A DNA stretch of 64,000 nucleotides from Octopus sinensis (lineage: Eukaryota), in contig NC_043002.1 in the NCBI RefSeq assembly GCF_006345805.1, forward strand, positions 14,632,001 through 14,696,000. The letters run 5' to 3'. Within the stretch, counting starts at the first letter, position 1; each line of letters begins with the position of its first letter. Shown piece by piece: positions 50,796 through 64,000 of this stretch. The translations under genes were made by a program, and so were the position numbers. The notes under the pieces are model-generated. The model was not told the origin of the DNA. It ran no database searches and saw only the letters and a list, made by a program, of their open reading frames with translations.

Positions 50796-53057
50796 TATAT
50801 ATCTTATATATATATATTTTATTTGTTGTAACGTTTAAAGTGAACTATCGAAGGCAAAATGAGTCTGAATTACATGGAAAGAAGCAGACTTGAAGTAAAG
50901 AGGCCTTTGTTCTGTGACACATGGCAGACAACTGCGCAATTCCAACTGACGTCTTGTAGAATGTGTTCAAATTTATTTTGAAATCCGTTGCTAGTTCTCA
51001 TTATCGTATAGCATATTATGCATTCCTCTCAAGGATAAAACATGTAATAGAATTCAGCGAGTTTATTATATTCTCCATCACATAAACTGAGGTAAAGAAA
51101 CTATATTTCAATGGCGCCAAATAGCCACTTCAGTTTCTTTTCTAATACGATTTACTAATAGACGTACTTACCTACCTTGAAATTGGAAATAAAATTAGAA
51201 ATTGTATACTTATCAGACAGCGATAATACTCAGTGTCAGTTAATTCAATCTCATCCACCTCTCATGAGGCAACTTTATTGTAAAATGCAATATAAAAGGA
51301 AAGTGTGTTTTGCATGTGATTGAAATTTAGAAAATTCCTGTAGATAAGCAATATCAATGCAAAGAGTTTTTCGGTGACGTAAAACACTACAAAGATTAAT
51401 AAAATACGCCATTTTATTACCAAACTGAATTCAGTAGCAATATTTTACAGATTTATATATTACTTTTGATTGTATTCCTGCTAAGATCAGAGTTAGTTAC
51501 TTGATGCACCTTCAAACAAATTGCGATTTCACTTGGTGGTTACTATAGCAACATAATCTGCTGCATAATCTGCACAGAGATTGTAAGATACAACAATTAA
51601 TGCTAAATAATAACGAAGCGTATTCAATGGAGAGAAATGAATAGTGATGTAAATGAGATGGGAACATGTGGCTGCTAATTTAAGTAGACATAGTAGAGAG
51701 AATCAAATAGATGTATTGATTATGCTAGTTTCCCTTTTGTTAACGGGCTGTGAACAGGAAGAACCGATCATGAGGAAATCAAAAAATAAAATTTGCCATA
51801 TAATTGATTGCGTTACGTGGACTGATAAACTTTCGATTGATAACCTTTTTTTGTTTCTGAATACCTGTATTAAATCAAAGGAACTTATAATCATTCGAAT
51901 ATTTTATTATAAAGCAGACACATCAAATCGGAAATCGAAATTCGCTGTTATTAACTTGTAATGTTGAATCTGGCATGCAGGAAAACGAAATACACGTACT
52001 AGAGGTGTCGGCACAGCTTTCTAACAAATTCTAAATCTAAATTTGATTTGATTTATGCTGTTTTAGCAGTGAGATAAAACCTGCTCTTGTTTTACATTTT
52101 GTGGTAAGTCTGTGAACATAGTATATACATAAGTCAATCGTACATCTTATATATATTCGATTATGTGTGTAATCGAATAATGATCAAGTACATAACCAAT
52201 TGCTATGACACGACGTTATTCCCGGTCTCTTTATCTCGTTTAAAACCCAAACTAAAAATATCGATTTATATACATGCGACGTAAAATTGGAAATTTAGCT
52301 GGAATTTCAAACTTAGTATTCGAAGGTTACATTAAATTTATTGGAATTATTGGAATTTGAAATTACAAATTAAATTAATATGGTGTTTGTTACTTAATGG
52401 ATATGGTGCTGCTCTAACTGATATATTGTGCAATTCTATTCGTAGTCAGGTATTTTGTATGATCTTCGTCTTCAGTTCATTTCGTAACAGTACTAATTAT
52501 CTTTGTGAATTGATTGCAACAACACAGAACATATCACATATCTTCAATGATTTAACATTTTGTTCCGAATAGGTTTAACATTATAAATAAGACATGTAAC
52601 ATATTCTTCGCCCCTGTAAACCTTCTATTAGCACACATATTACGATCGACTTTTCACTTTATTCTACCCATACAAACTGAACATTATAGTATTAAAATGC
52701 AATGTCGTAGAGAATTATGCCTACTATAGAAGGCTAAATGAACACATAGACAAACATTAGTTTGCTGTCAATTAGAGCAATCGGCAGATAAAAGTCTTGA
52801 AGTATAAATGTACTCAATATATTTTGTTTCCTTATATTTTAATACCATTTCTTTTGACTTTTAGGTTTTTAAACAAATACATTATAAAAATTATTGCCAA
52901 AAGTAGATCATGATCAGACTAACTCTACTCTTCCCATGCCGTATTCTTCTCGATTGTTCTTAAAACTACTGCACACGTATACAGAAACATAAATATATTA
53001 GCACACACACACAAACACACACACACACACGCATACATACATGCATACATACATACA

Positions 53058-53091
<34 letters not shown>

Positions 53092-53092
53092 A

Positions 53093-53146
<54 letters not shown>

Positions 53147-53233
53147 TATATATACATACATATCACAGGTTAACATTTTCGTGGCCATGTTTGTTAATGT
53201 CTACACAATTATTTCGAAATCTACTTACCAGCT

Positions 53234-53290
<57 letters not shown>

Positions 53291-54227
53291 CAGGGGTGCA
53301 TGTGTGTGTCTGTCTACGTCTGTATATGTATGTAATTTGGAGCATTGTAGCATGTGTGTGTATATGGCTGTATTTCCGCTTATGCATGGATTGTCTCGCC
53401 TAGTGAAACAGGTAGGTAGATTTTGAAATAATAGTGCAGATATATATATATAACAAAACTTCGCCACGAAAAATACATGCAATATATTTGAAAGTGATAC
53501 AGAAGGATTGGAAAGTGAATAAATAACAATTATAGGGAGGAAAATTCTCATGTATGAACTGACGGAAGAGCTGTAGTGGACACGATTCATATTTTCTGCG
53601 TAGACTCAATTCGTGAGTATCAGGTGTTTGGCTGGAAGGTATAGACGGTATATAATCTTGGATTTGAAAATATCAAATATTACTCGTAAAATTTTATACA
53701 ACTTCAGTAAGCTTTATGAATGTAAAACCTGTGTAGATATAAATTTTACAATATATTAGGAAAAGTAATGTCCAAAAATAATATGCAAAGAAATATCAGT
53801 ATTCTATTTACGTAAAATATAACTAATTCATTGATACATTATGAGATGTATTTATATATATTTTGGGTTTTAAACGAGATAAAGAGACGAGGAATAACCT
53901 CGTGTCACAGTAATTGGCTATGTGCTTCATTATTATACGATTACACACATATCGAATCACTGAGATATCTTAAGGTATGTTCTCTGAAATGGCAAATATT
54001 TACTGCTGCCCTCTTTCACAAGGTTATTCATGTGCTGCTGAATTATTATGTACGTTTATTGCAGTTTTCGTGAAACTCATGGCATTAAGTTTCGGAATGA
54101 GAAATTTAAGTATATTTTGTAATCTGTGCATTTGCCATGTATGTATTGCATGTTGATGAGATTTGTAAATAGACTTTAGCAACCTATCAAAACAGCTATG
54201 ATCTGTAAAATAGTAGGACTATATGTA

Positions 54228-54370
54228 TAGGAGTGGTTGTGTGGTAAGTAGCTTGCTTACCAACCACATGGTTCCGGGTTCATTCTCAATGCGTGAAACC
54301 TTGGACAAGTGTCTTCTATTATAGCCTCGGGCCGACCAAAGATTTGTGAGTGAATTTGGTAGACGGAAAA
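54228..54370 (+). mobile_element. SINE family A, 5' half
   Basis: ggagtggttgtgtggtaagtagcttgcttaccaaccacatggttccgggttc..ggtagacggaaa. Confidence 0.85.
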
Positions 54371-54423
54371 GAGAGAGAGAGAGATACATGCATGCGTACA
54401 TACATACATACATACATACATTC

Positions 54424-54457
<34 letters not shown>

Positions 54458-54929
54458 ATACATATTCTTAAAGTACATCTTTCGTGACTATATGATCATG
54501 GTTCACAGTACTAATCTTTTTTATCTCCTCATTGTTATCATCTTCATTGCCCATCACTATCACTACCACCACCGCCTCCATCATTATCATTCTTATATTT
54601 ATTGAGTCTCCTCATCTTCTTTGTTGTTGTCATCGTTATTTTCTTTCTCAACATCCTCATCCTACTAAACACTAGTCTTAACAAGTAATATTTCCGAGGT
54701 AATTATCGCAATACGCTTAGAGCGTAACCCTAATCGATTTCAGTAAACTAGTTCATGATTTAATAGAGATGAAACATTATCTCCAGACTAATAGTCTTTC
54801 AATATCCTCAAGATAAATATCACGTGTAGGAAAATCGCAATCTAATATATGTTTTCTTCTTCTTTTTGTACCTTTTGTTATTTTCTTTCACTGTTTTCAA
54901 TTTTCATATGACGTATTACCTATGGAATA

Positions 54930-55180
54930 TTTTACTCTTTTTACTCTCTTTTACTCTTTTACCTGTTTCAGTCATTTGACTGCGGCCATGCTGGAACACC
55001 GCCTTTAGTCGAGCAAATCGACCCTGGGACTTATTCTTTGTAAGCCCAGTACTTATTCTATCGGTCTCTTTTGCCGAACCGCTAGGTGACGGGGTCGTAA
55101 ACACACCAGTATCGGTTGTCAAGCAATGCTAGGGGGACAAACACAGACACACAAACACATACACACACACATACACACAC

Positions 55181-55224
<44 letters not shown>

Positions 55225-55389
55225 TACGACAGGCTTCTTTCAGTTTCCGTCTACCAAATCCACTCACAGGGCATTGGTCGGCCCGGGGCTATAGCAGAAG
55301 ACACTTGCCTAAGATGCCACGCAGTGGGACTGAATCCGGAACGATGTGGTTGGTTAGCAAGCTACTTACCACACAGCCACTCCTGCGCC
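54930..55389 (-). mobile_element. SINE family A, full length
   Basis: Same consensus with (ttttactc)n tail and head cactcctgcgcc. Confidence 0.9.
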
Positions 55390-56013
55390 TATATATCCGT
55401 TCATATCCAGTTCATATCCAGTTCATTTCTCACCTACTCTTCAAAATTGTTGTGTCTAGTGCTGCTATAGTTTGGCTTAGCTGTGCGCAGAATAGGTAAT
55501 TAATCAGCAATTGTTTTAGTCGGATACAATAAATATTCTCAAGTTCTTAGGATCTATTTAAACTTCAGTTAAACGTTAACATTGCCTTAATGGCTTCAGG
55601 AAAAGGAATGAATCGACACGAATATATTGTCATACTATTGTTTCTAATGTTAATGTTCAAATATTTTACATTACTTTTGAGTAGAGATTAATATTCCCCT
55701 TAAAACCGTTATGTGTAGTTACGAATAATAAAACTTGTTGAGAAAAGAATGTAACATTCAATCCTGCAAGTATTTTACGAGGATTCTAGTATACAGTGTG
55801 GATAAGGACCCTAAGCTCACAATCATACATTATCAAGTATCGCCTGGATAGCATTTAAATAGAGAATTTATCACTTTCTTGGATTTACGTATCTGTTATG
55901 AAAACGTGTGTTTAAAGAATTAGTGAATGCAATTCTGTATTTAAGAGATGAGGAATTATGTACATTATTTACATCATTTACATTTGACGGGTATTTGTTC
56001 TCATCTTTTTGTT

Positions 56014-56059
56014 AACCCAACGTTTCGGCTGATATACACTCCAGCCTTCTTCAAGTATC
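56014..56059 (-). ncRNA. Minimal type I hammerhead motif (C3U) in a Penelope-like terminal repeat
   Basis: GAUAC-UUGAAGA-A-GGCUG(GAGUGUAUAU)CAGCC-GAAAC-GUU-GGGUU; 5-bp stem II; palindromic AACGUU stem III. Confidence 0.55.
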
Positions 56060-56200
56060 TTGGGGAAATTTCAAACCTGAGTTCTCATTGCTAAGGTATT
56101 TTTCGATGTTATTATTTTTCTTCTTCTTCTTCTTCTTCTTGGAAGCAAAAGTTTTAACTAAGTAATAGCAATATCAAGTAATAATAATAATAATTCTGCA

Positions 56201-56418
56201 AAGGCGGTGAGCTAACAGAATCGTTAAAACGTCGGACGAAATGATTAGCAGTATTTCGCTCGTCGCTACGTTCTGTGTTCAAATTCCGCCGTGGTCGACT
56301 TTACCTTTCATCCTTTCGGGGCCGATGAAGTAAGTACCAGTTACGCACTGGAGTCGATGGAATCGACTATCCCATTTCCCTAAATATCAGGCATTGTGCC
56401 TATAGTAGTAAAGAATAT
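56201..56418 (+). mobile_element. SINE family B monomer
   Basis: aaggcggtgagctaacagaatcgtta..gttcaaattccgccgtggtcgactttacctttcatcctttcgggg..ttgtgcctatagtag. Confidence 0.85.
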
Positions 56419-57111
56419 TGTTTCTACTGCCCCTACTATAGGATATATCATATTTTTGATTTATTCATAACCGGAACTGTATGTGTAACAAATGAATGTG
56501 ATAGGCCTAATCAATTATCATTGTTCTCTTATTGAACTGTTTCAGAGACTTAACTATATATCATTTGCCTGAGAATGATATTTCTATCGATTGTCATATG
56601 ATAATGTTAATATCTACGAAATTAATTTAACAATAATCTATGAATGTCCATACAATGCATTTATATATATAGTAGGTTTGCAAATCAATGCGGTGGCATC
56701 CGATGATCCAAAATGGAAGTTAACTTTTCATTAGAAATAGATTTATAGTAGGATGTAGACATTGAGAATGTATGTTACAAATTTACTCATTATATCTCAT
56801 TACTACAGGATGGCATTCTGTAAACACTTGCCTCTGCTTATTGAAGAAGATCTCTCAAGAAAGAATTTCAATAAATTTCCTAGTTAAATCTCACAAAAAA
56901 ATATCATTCGACATTAAAAATTGTCGATAATCTATAACATATACTTGAAAGCAGGTATGCGTGTTTAAGAAGGTTCCTTTGCAACCACCAGGGTTCAGAT
57001 ATTGTTACACTTCGTGGTCCCTTCTGCATGGGCCTTCTACTAGTAAGTAATGGGAATTGATTTTCAGGTGAAAACTCTACTGATGCCCCTCGTGCATATA
57101 TATATATATAT

Positions 57112-57212
<101 letters not shown>

Positions 57213-57268
57213 CATACGTATATATATACATATATATACGTATATATATATATAATATATATATATAT

Positions 57269-57305
<37 letters not shown>

Positions 57306-57360
57306 AATATATATACATATACGTATGCGTATATATATATATATATATATATAGATATAT

Positions 57361-57408
<48 letters not shown>

Positions 57409-58336
57409 TGTGTGTTTATGTGTGTGTGTGTGCAACAGTATGAGCGTGTGTCTTTGTGTATATCTGTGTCTGGTTTCCTACCATTTGAAAACGCTATGTA
57501 TTCCTTTATTTATTTTTGTCTTCTCATAACTTAGTTTTCGGCTTTTCGGTTTTAAAATTGAAATTTCAAAACTTGTTATTGACGTTGATCTGTTCGAATA
57601 AATGCTTGAATGCAATGATCACACATGCCCGTAGTCCATATCTAAAACAATTAGAAAATAAACGATAAATTTATCCTAATCTATAATCAAATGTTTTACC
57701 TTTAATGTCAACCATTTGCAACAAGTCTTACTTCATATGTTGAATTCTTTCTAGGAATTTTATTTTTGGATTTAGAAGCGGAAAAATTGTAGGCAACTTT
57801 ACCAAAATGGGTACAAAGGTATCTTGTAGATAAAGTAATGTTTTCCGATAAATTCAGTTACATTTTCGTATAATTGCAAAACTAGATACGTTATTATATG
57901 ATAGATGTATATATATTCAAATATCCTGATTAGAAAACGGTTCTTCATCTCACGTATGATTTAGACTTATAAAGGACCAAGTATATGACGAACAATTATT
58001 ATGAAGATTAGAGTAACTTGGATCTATTGTATACAACACAAATTATTTTTAAGTAACTGATAAATTAAAATAAATCCCCAATTAAAACTATTGGCATTGG
58101 AACACTTCTCGAGGGAGTTTCTACATAATAATCATGCAGCTAATTGCAAGCAAATATACTTTAAAAAAAGAAAAACTATTTTGCGATTAATTAGAAATCT
58201 ACCAATGATGACATGTAAGGCGTATAGCGATTATATAAATCCATGACAATATGTGAAAAGTAGGGATCAACAGAGTTTAACTTAAAATTAAAAGGACACA
58301 AAAGCAGGAGATGAAATTAGTAGTGACGGATACATT

Positions 58337-58758
58337 TTTACTCGTATACTCTTTTACTTGTTTCAGTCATTTGACTGCGACCATGTTGGAGCACCGTCTT
58401 TAGTCGAGAAAATCGACCCCAAGACTTATACTTTGAAAGCCTAGTACTTATTCTATCTGTCACTTTTGCCGAACCGCTAAGTTACGGGGACGTAAACACA
58501 CCAGCACCGGGTGTCAAGTGATGTTGGGGGGCCAAACACAGATATACAAACACACACACACACCACACACACACACACATACACATATATATATAGAGAG
58601 AGAGGACGGGCTTTTTTCAGTTTCGTCAACCAAATCCACTCACAAGGCTTTGGTCAGCCCGAATCTATAGTAGAAGACACTTGCCCAAGGTGCCATGCAG
58701 TGGGACTGAACCCGGAACCGTTTGGTTGGTAAGCAAGCTACTTACCACACAGCCACTC
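58337..58758 (-). mobile_element. SINE family A, near full length
   Basis: Same consensus. Confidence 0.85.
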
Positions 58759-59679
58759 ATTTTTTAAATACTTAAATCCATCCAACTATCACTGAGGTGA
58801 CAAAAATTTCTTTGTCTTAATTGAAACACGTGGATTTAACGAGAAATATGAATTTTAACGGATGGAATTATTGCATGTCAAAAATTTAATTCCTATTTCA
58901 GGAATATTAGTGATAACGCATTACAAAATCCATGTGTGCTAACCACGTTTTAGACAATTAAAATACTTCATTAATTATTCAAAGATAGTAAAGAAATGAT
59001 ATTGATATAAGCCTTGCATTTGTGCTTTAGCGTAAATGAATATTTCCAATCCGAAGATACACGCCAACAACAACAACGTACAGTAACAGTATTATGTACA
59101 AACAGGTGAGTGGCGCCATCTATTATATTACACCATGAACAGCAATTCTATTTTCCTTTCTTTTATTCATTATATCAATTCACCATATATAATAGAACCC
59201 ATCATATTTCTTTATTTCTATTACTATTATTGAATTGAAATGAAAGGAATAATTTTAACGCAAGCGTGCAAACACACATATACATACACGCATAATGAAC
59301 ATGTTTATATATTCTGTATATTCCAAAAGATTCCCAAATTAATCCTTATTGTCCTCTGAAAACCCTGATGATTTTCCTGATAAGGTACTTAAAACGCAAA
59401 CTTAAATTTTTGTATATGTTTTGTAATTTTAAACTTATTTGAGAAATGAAACAATAGTTAGTTAATATGTTGATTAATTAATATATTGAATTCTATTCAT
59501 TAAAACTCTTTGTGTTGGATATCATACGGTATACTATATATTATATTCATTCAGAATTATCTCTGCAAAATTTAATATACTATACCCGTGTATCTTGGAT
59601 AAATATCCTTATAAGAGGTTTGAATATCTCCATTATCGTTTAGGTAAATCGGTTTAGGTAAATCCGTACATATATTTTG

Positions 59680-59730
<51 letters not shown>

Positions 59731-59851
59731 TTTATGTATTTATATATATATATGTATGTATGTATATATATTATATATATACATATATATATTTATATTA
59801 TATGTATGTATATATATTATATATATACATATATAATAATAATAATAATAA

Positions 59852-60313
59852 ATCAGACAAAAAGGATGTGTGTATTAATTGACATGAGTATTCCCTGTCA
59901 TCGCAATATAGCGGCGAAAGAATTTGACAAGATTAGTAAATATAAAGACTTTCTAATAAAAATTGGAAAAATGCGGCATCTCAAGGCGACTACAGCACCA
60001 GTGATTGTAGGATCTCTAGGAATGATAAAGAAAGTTACTGAAACCTATTTGAAAATGATTTGAGGCTTACCATCACTACAGGAAGTGCAAAAAATCGTAT
60101 TAACTGGAACGGCTCATGTACTGAGAAGAGCATTATCGGTGTGAAAATAACATCCATCCTAGAATTTATTTAGTTATTAATTTTTAAATACATATTTTAT
60201 CTGTGAATTTGCGCGTGTAATCTGGGAATGCATACTATGCCCTTCTCTGCTCTAGGTGTATGGAAAACACTCGGCGAGAAACGGAAAAAAATTTGAAGAA
60301 AGAAGGAAAAAAA
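59852..60313 (+). mobile_element. 5'-truncated R4/Dong LINE (restriction-like endonuclease end plus 3'UTR) between TAA repeats
   Basis: CVLIDMSIP..AKEFDKISKYKD..PVIVGSLGMIKK..*GLPSLQEVQKIVLTGTAHVLRRALS; (TAA)n at 59833-59852 and 60315-60358. Confidence 0.85.
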
Positions 60314-60699
60314 CATAATAATAATAATAATAATATTAATAATAATAATGATAATAATACTATATTAGTGTGTTTAAGTGTTGACTTGTGCAACTGCACA
60401 CCTGAAACAACTTCTTGCCACACGAAGTTGTAGCACACTTCTATTGAATCTACTTCAGGAACTCCACAGTGGTAGTTACGGTAAATAGTATTAATTAACT
60501 TTAGGAAATGGAATTCATATTAGGCTTTTATTAAGTACAAATTATATTTCGACCCATCAGTCTCGGTCTCTTCCCGTACATTGATACAAATATCTCACTA
60601 GAGACTTTTTTGTGTCGGTTGGCATGTTATATTCCCGTCAAGATGAGCATACAGCCTAATAAAAATCCAATGCCAAATACATATCCTACTATTAACTAA

Positions 60700-60734
<35 letters not shown>

Positions 60735-60737
<3 letters not shown>

Positions 60738-60946
60738 GTGTGTGTTTGTGTGTATGTTTGTCCCACTAGCATTGCTTGACAACCGATGCTGGTGTGTTTA
60801 TGTCCCCGTTACTTGGCGGTTCGGCAAAAGTGACCGATAGAATAAGTACTGGGCTTACAAAAGAATAAGTCCCGGGGTCGAGTTGCTCGATTAAAGGCGG
60901 TGCTCCAGCATGGCACCTCAGTCAAATGAGTGAAACAAGTAAAAAA
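60735..60946 (+). mobile_element. SINE family A, 3' half
   Basis: tgtcccactagcattgcttgacaaccgatgctgg..gctccagcatggc..gaaacaagtaaaaaa. Confidence 0.85.
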
Positions 60947-61061
60947 GGCTATATATATATATAACGGGAAGCTTTATGAAAATAAACAAAAGACGAAGGC
61001 AGGTGGAAGACAAACGAACAATTGTATTAGTATGGCGCTCAGGAAATATAAATAAAACAAG

Positions 61062-61099
61062 TCTTTAACGTTTCGAGCCTACGCTCTTCAACAGAAAGA
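61062..61099 (-). ncRNA. Minimal type I hammerhead with A6U core variant, inside a Penelope-like terminal repeat (60965-61170)
   Basis: UCUUU-CUGUUGA-A-GAGC(GUAG)GCUC-GAAAC-GUU-AAAGA; perfect 5-bp stem I and 4-bp stem II; AACGUU palindrome. Confidence 0.6.
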
Positions 61100-61339
61100 T
61101 ACACAGAGAGAGAAAAACACAGAAAGAAGGAGAGAAAAAAAATGCGTGCAGTAGCTAACGAATCAACATATATATATATATATAAAATAGATGTCCTGTT
61201 GTCCATCCTTTCTCGTTAGCAACGAGAAAATGGAAAACAAGGCAAGTAAACACAGAGAAATAACAAAAATAAGAAAGAAATATAAAAAGAATAAAATAGC
61301 GATAAGATGCCAGTATTATTTGTTTCTGTGATGTTTGTT

Positions 61340-62100
61340 CAGATGTATTTCAGAATTTCATTGTCGTTTTTCCTTTCTTGGTTCTATTTCCACCGATCAA
61401 CCTTTTTAAAGTTGCAAATAATATCGCTATCGTTCTCCTGTAGTCTTGCATTTATTCTGTCGTAGATTGCCTTTTGTTCATCTGTCATGTTGCGATAAGT
61501 TTTATTATCTTCTTTTAGATCATCTACATGCCTCTCATCAAGTAAGCTACTACTGCTCCTTTCCTGTGCCATGGGATTACTCATATTTGTAAGAACTCTA
61601 TTTTCATTGTTATCTCTGCTGCTATTTTCCATGACCCGTCGTTTGATATCTTCGAGCTCTACTTCTGTGAACCAACCATTTTTCATTCTTGCACTAGCTT
61701 GATCGCATAGTCTCGGTTCCGTGAATTGAAACAATCCCCTTTCTCTCCAATGATCATACATGAGTTGCCAATACCCCCTAATTTGAGCACTATCTTCATC
61801 TACCGGGTTGCTCAGGTAGTATCACTCCATGACCACAGCATTAATTTGCTTGATTCATCTACGCCGTGTGTGATGGTTCTTTCTGGATATCTACAAGCTG
61901 GGGCCGGATCAGAATCCGGGTGTAACACTACCGAGTGGAACACTGTCACCATCATTGACTTCAGTTTCATTACCACCGTTATTCACAATATTTTCTTTTT
62001 TCATTGTCACTCATATGAGGTAGTGATTATTCGATTGCGCAATTACCAGTGTTTTAATCATTAACCAGCTCATGAGGAGGAAGAGGCTCCACCTGTTTCC
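61340..62100 (-). mobile_element. R4/Dong LINE 5' portion
   Basis: AVVME*YYLSNP..RGYWQLMYDHWRERGLFQFTEPRLCDQ..KNGWFTEVELEDIKR matches the N-terminal ..VMECYY.S.P..GYR.RM...W..RG.F..TEQRL.DQ...I....WL...ELE.I pattern. Confidence 0.75.
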
Positions 62101-62225
62101 TTTCATTATTATAATTATTATTATTAATATTATCACCTTCACCGACCAGGCTATCAGATGTTGCTACACATCGCTGGTCACAATGCGCTTCGCATTGTTT
62201 TAGCCTTCAAATAACGCCACCCCGC

Positions 62226-62227
<2 letters not shown>

Positions 62228-62291
<64 letters not shown>

Positions 62292-62560
62292 CATCATCAT
62301 CATCACTGATATAACTGATATTATTGTTTTTATGTGAAGTAGCAGCCGTGGTTGTAGTACCAGCTACACTAGCTTGCGTGGGGGTAGTGGTAATAATGAT
62401 ATTTGGGACTCACATACCTGTGCTATCATAATAGTAGTAGTTGTAGTGTTAATTTATTGTTAGTAGTATTTAGTATTAGTAGCTGCAGCATATTGTTTTT
62501 TTATCATTATCACCATCAGCTCCACCACCACCACCACCACACCACCACCACCACCATTGT
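62228..62560. repeat. (TTA)n(TCA)n and (CCA)n trinucleotide repeats with low-complexity spacer
   Basis: Directly visible. Confidence 0.9.
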
Positions 62561-62823
62561 TTTAGGGAAAAGTTGGGTAGCAGTTTGGTGAATAGATCAT
62601 ATTCTACAAATCTATAAATAGATTCGGCAGTTGGTGGGGAGGTCAGTCATAGAGACAAAGGGCTATTCACTCTCTTTAGGTCAGCAGAGGTCAAATGTGC
62701 TTATTACTATCAGTGGATACTGGGAGCAATGCCTTGAAAAGAAGCTTTTCAACCTGTTCTATCTGTAATTACTGGTAGAAAAAGCAATAATAATAAAATA
62801 TATATACACATGCACATGCATAT

Positions 62824-63044
62824 CACTTCTTTTTCACTTGTTTCAGTCATTTTGACTGCGGCCATGCTGGAGCAACGCCTTTGATCGAGCAACTCGACCC
62901 CGGGACATATTCTTTGTAAGCCCAGTACTTATTATATCGGTCTCTTTTGCCAAATCACTAAGTTACGGGGACATAAATACACAAGTATTGGTTGTCAAGC
63001 AATGCTAGGGGGGGGGGGCAAAAACAGACACACTAACACACACA

Positions 63045-63079
<35 letters not shown>

Positions 63080-63237
63080 GACGGGCTTCTTTCAGTTTCC
63101 GTCTACCAAATCCACTCACAAGGCTTCGGCCGGTCCGAGGCTATAGTAGAAGACACTTGCCCAAGGTGCCACGCAGTGGGACTGAACCTGGAACCATGGG
63201 GTTGGTAAACAAGCTACTTACCACACAGTCACTCCTG
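62824..63237 (-). mobile_element. SINE family A, near full length
   Basis: Same consensus. Confidence 0.85.
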
Positions 63238-64000
63238 GGGTCTCTATGTCTGACCTCCACACCATCTGCCGAATCATTATTATTATTGAAAAGAATAAAG
63301 GAATACACACATGAGAGAGGGGGAGAGAGAGAGGGAGAGAGAGAGGGTGTGAGAGAAACTCTGGAAGCGCCCAGCATGCTGGTGTTTTAATATCAAGAAA
63401 ATAAATTGCGAAGGCTGTGTAGCTGTGAAAACAGCAGAGAATGATTGAGTATATATCCTTAGAAGGCAGGAAAAGAGATCCCAACGGGCGGCCGCGGTGC
63501 ATCGAAACTCTTGCTCCTCAGATATCGGCTTAGTGCACTAGCCATTAAGCAAAATATCTTAATGGTAAAATACTATCGCCCACGGCGCGTTGACATTCGA
63601 AATGATATTATTTAGCTTTAAAATTAGCGGTGTTCTTGTCAAGGTATGTTTAGCTTAATGCTTACATCGCTCAACGTCGAATCCCCGTAGCCACCTGCTG
63701 AAAATTTATTTCCGTTTTCTAAGGGCAAGTAGCCAATATTTCTCTGCTATACTGCATTCGAAAGATATTTTCTTATTCTTCAAAAACCAACAAATTCGGA
63801 ACTTACATTATTTGTTTTTGAAATATTCTTACATTCGATAAACAAATATTTAACACTAAAATTTACGGTAATTTTTGTCAGGGCTCATACATCTCGGATC
63901 CCGAGGGGTATGAGATTCGATCACCGTAGGAAGCTGTAGGCAACGTTCTTACTGTGCATCTTGCAAGGGTAAATACCCAATATTTTTCTACTGTTTTCAC

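Noticed and set aside
51653-51961. 102-aa ORF with an LLLTGC lipobox-like motif
   Set aside because: Eukaryotic context, no signal-peptide architecture, and the diverged duplicate at 50174 does not keep the frame.
57080-57100. UGC-CCCUCGU-GCA resembling HDV P3/L3
   Set aside because: Immediately followed by (TA)n, so P1, P1.1 and P4 cannot form.
60770-60860. HDV-like fold in the 3' half of SINE-A
   Set aside because: P2- and P4-like helices can be drawn, but P1, P3/L3 and the catalytic C in J4/2 do not fit.

Overview
Very AT-rich, repeat-saturated eukaryotic DNA with no recognisable host gene. The two dominant tRNA-derived SINE families and the heavy (AT)n/(AC)n/(GATA)n load look like an octopus (coleoid cephalopod) genome; this is an inference from repeat families as I recall them. 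Most listed ORFs are microsatellite read-through. The recognisable coding remnants are all decayed transposons: Tc1/mariner, RTE and R4/Dong LINEs, a gag-like ORF1, Penelope-like GIY-YIG pieces and a Helitron. Read by eye, the window also holds at least eight type I hammerhead-ribozyme motifs from about five unrelated families. The best are (i) a 396-bp non-coding tandem repeat with one hammerhead per unit (retrozyme-like, 29177-30014) beside a Penelope endonuclease remnant, and (ii) a 531-bp fold-back element with a core-intact hammerhead in each arm (23652-24182). Other notable structures are an 18-copy 183-bp SINE-derived satellite with a 5-mer higher-order repeat, a near-perfect 369-bp palindrome, and a hammerhead family with an A6U core variant. 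All RNA folds were made by manual base-pairing and none is computed or tested.
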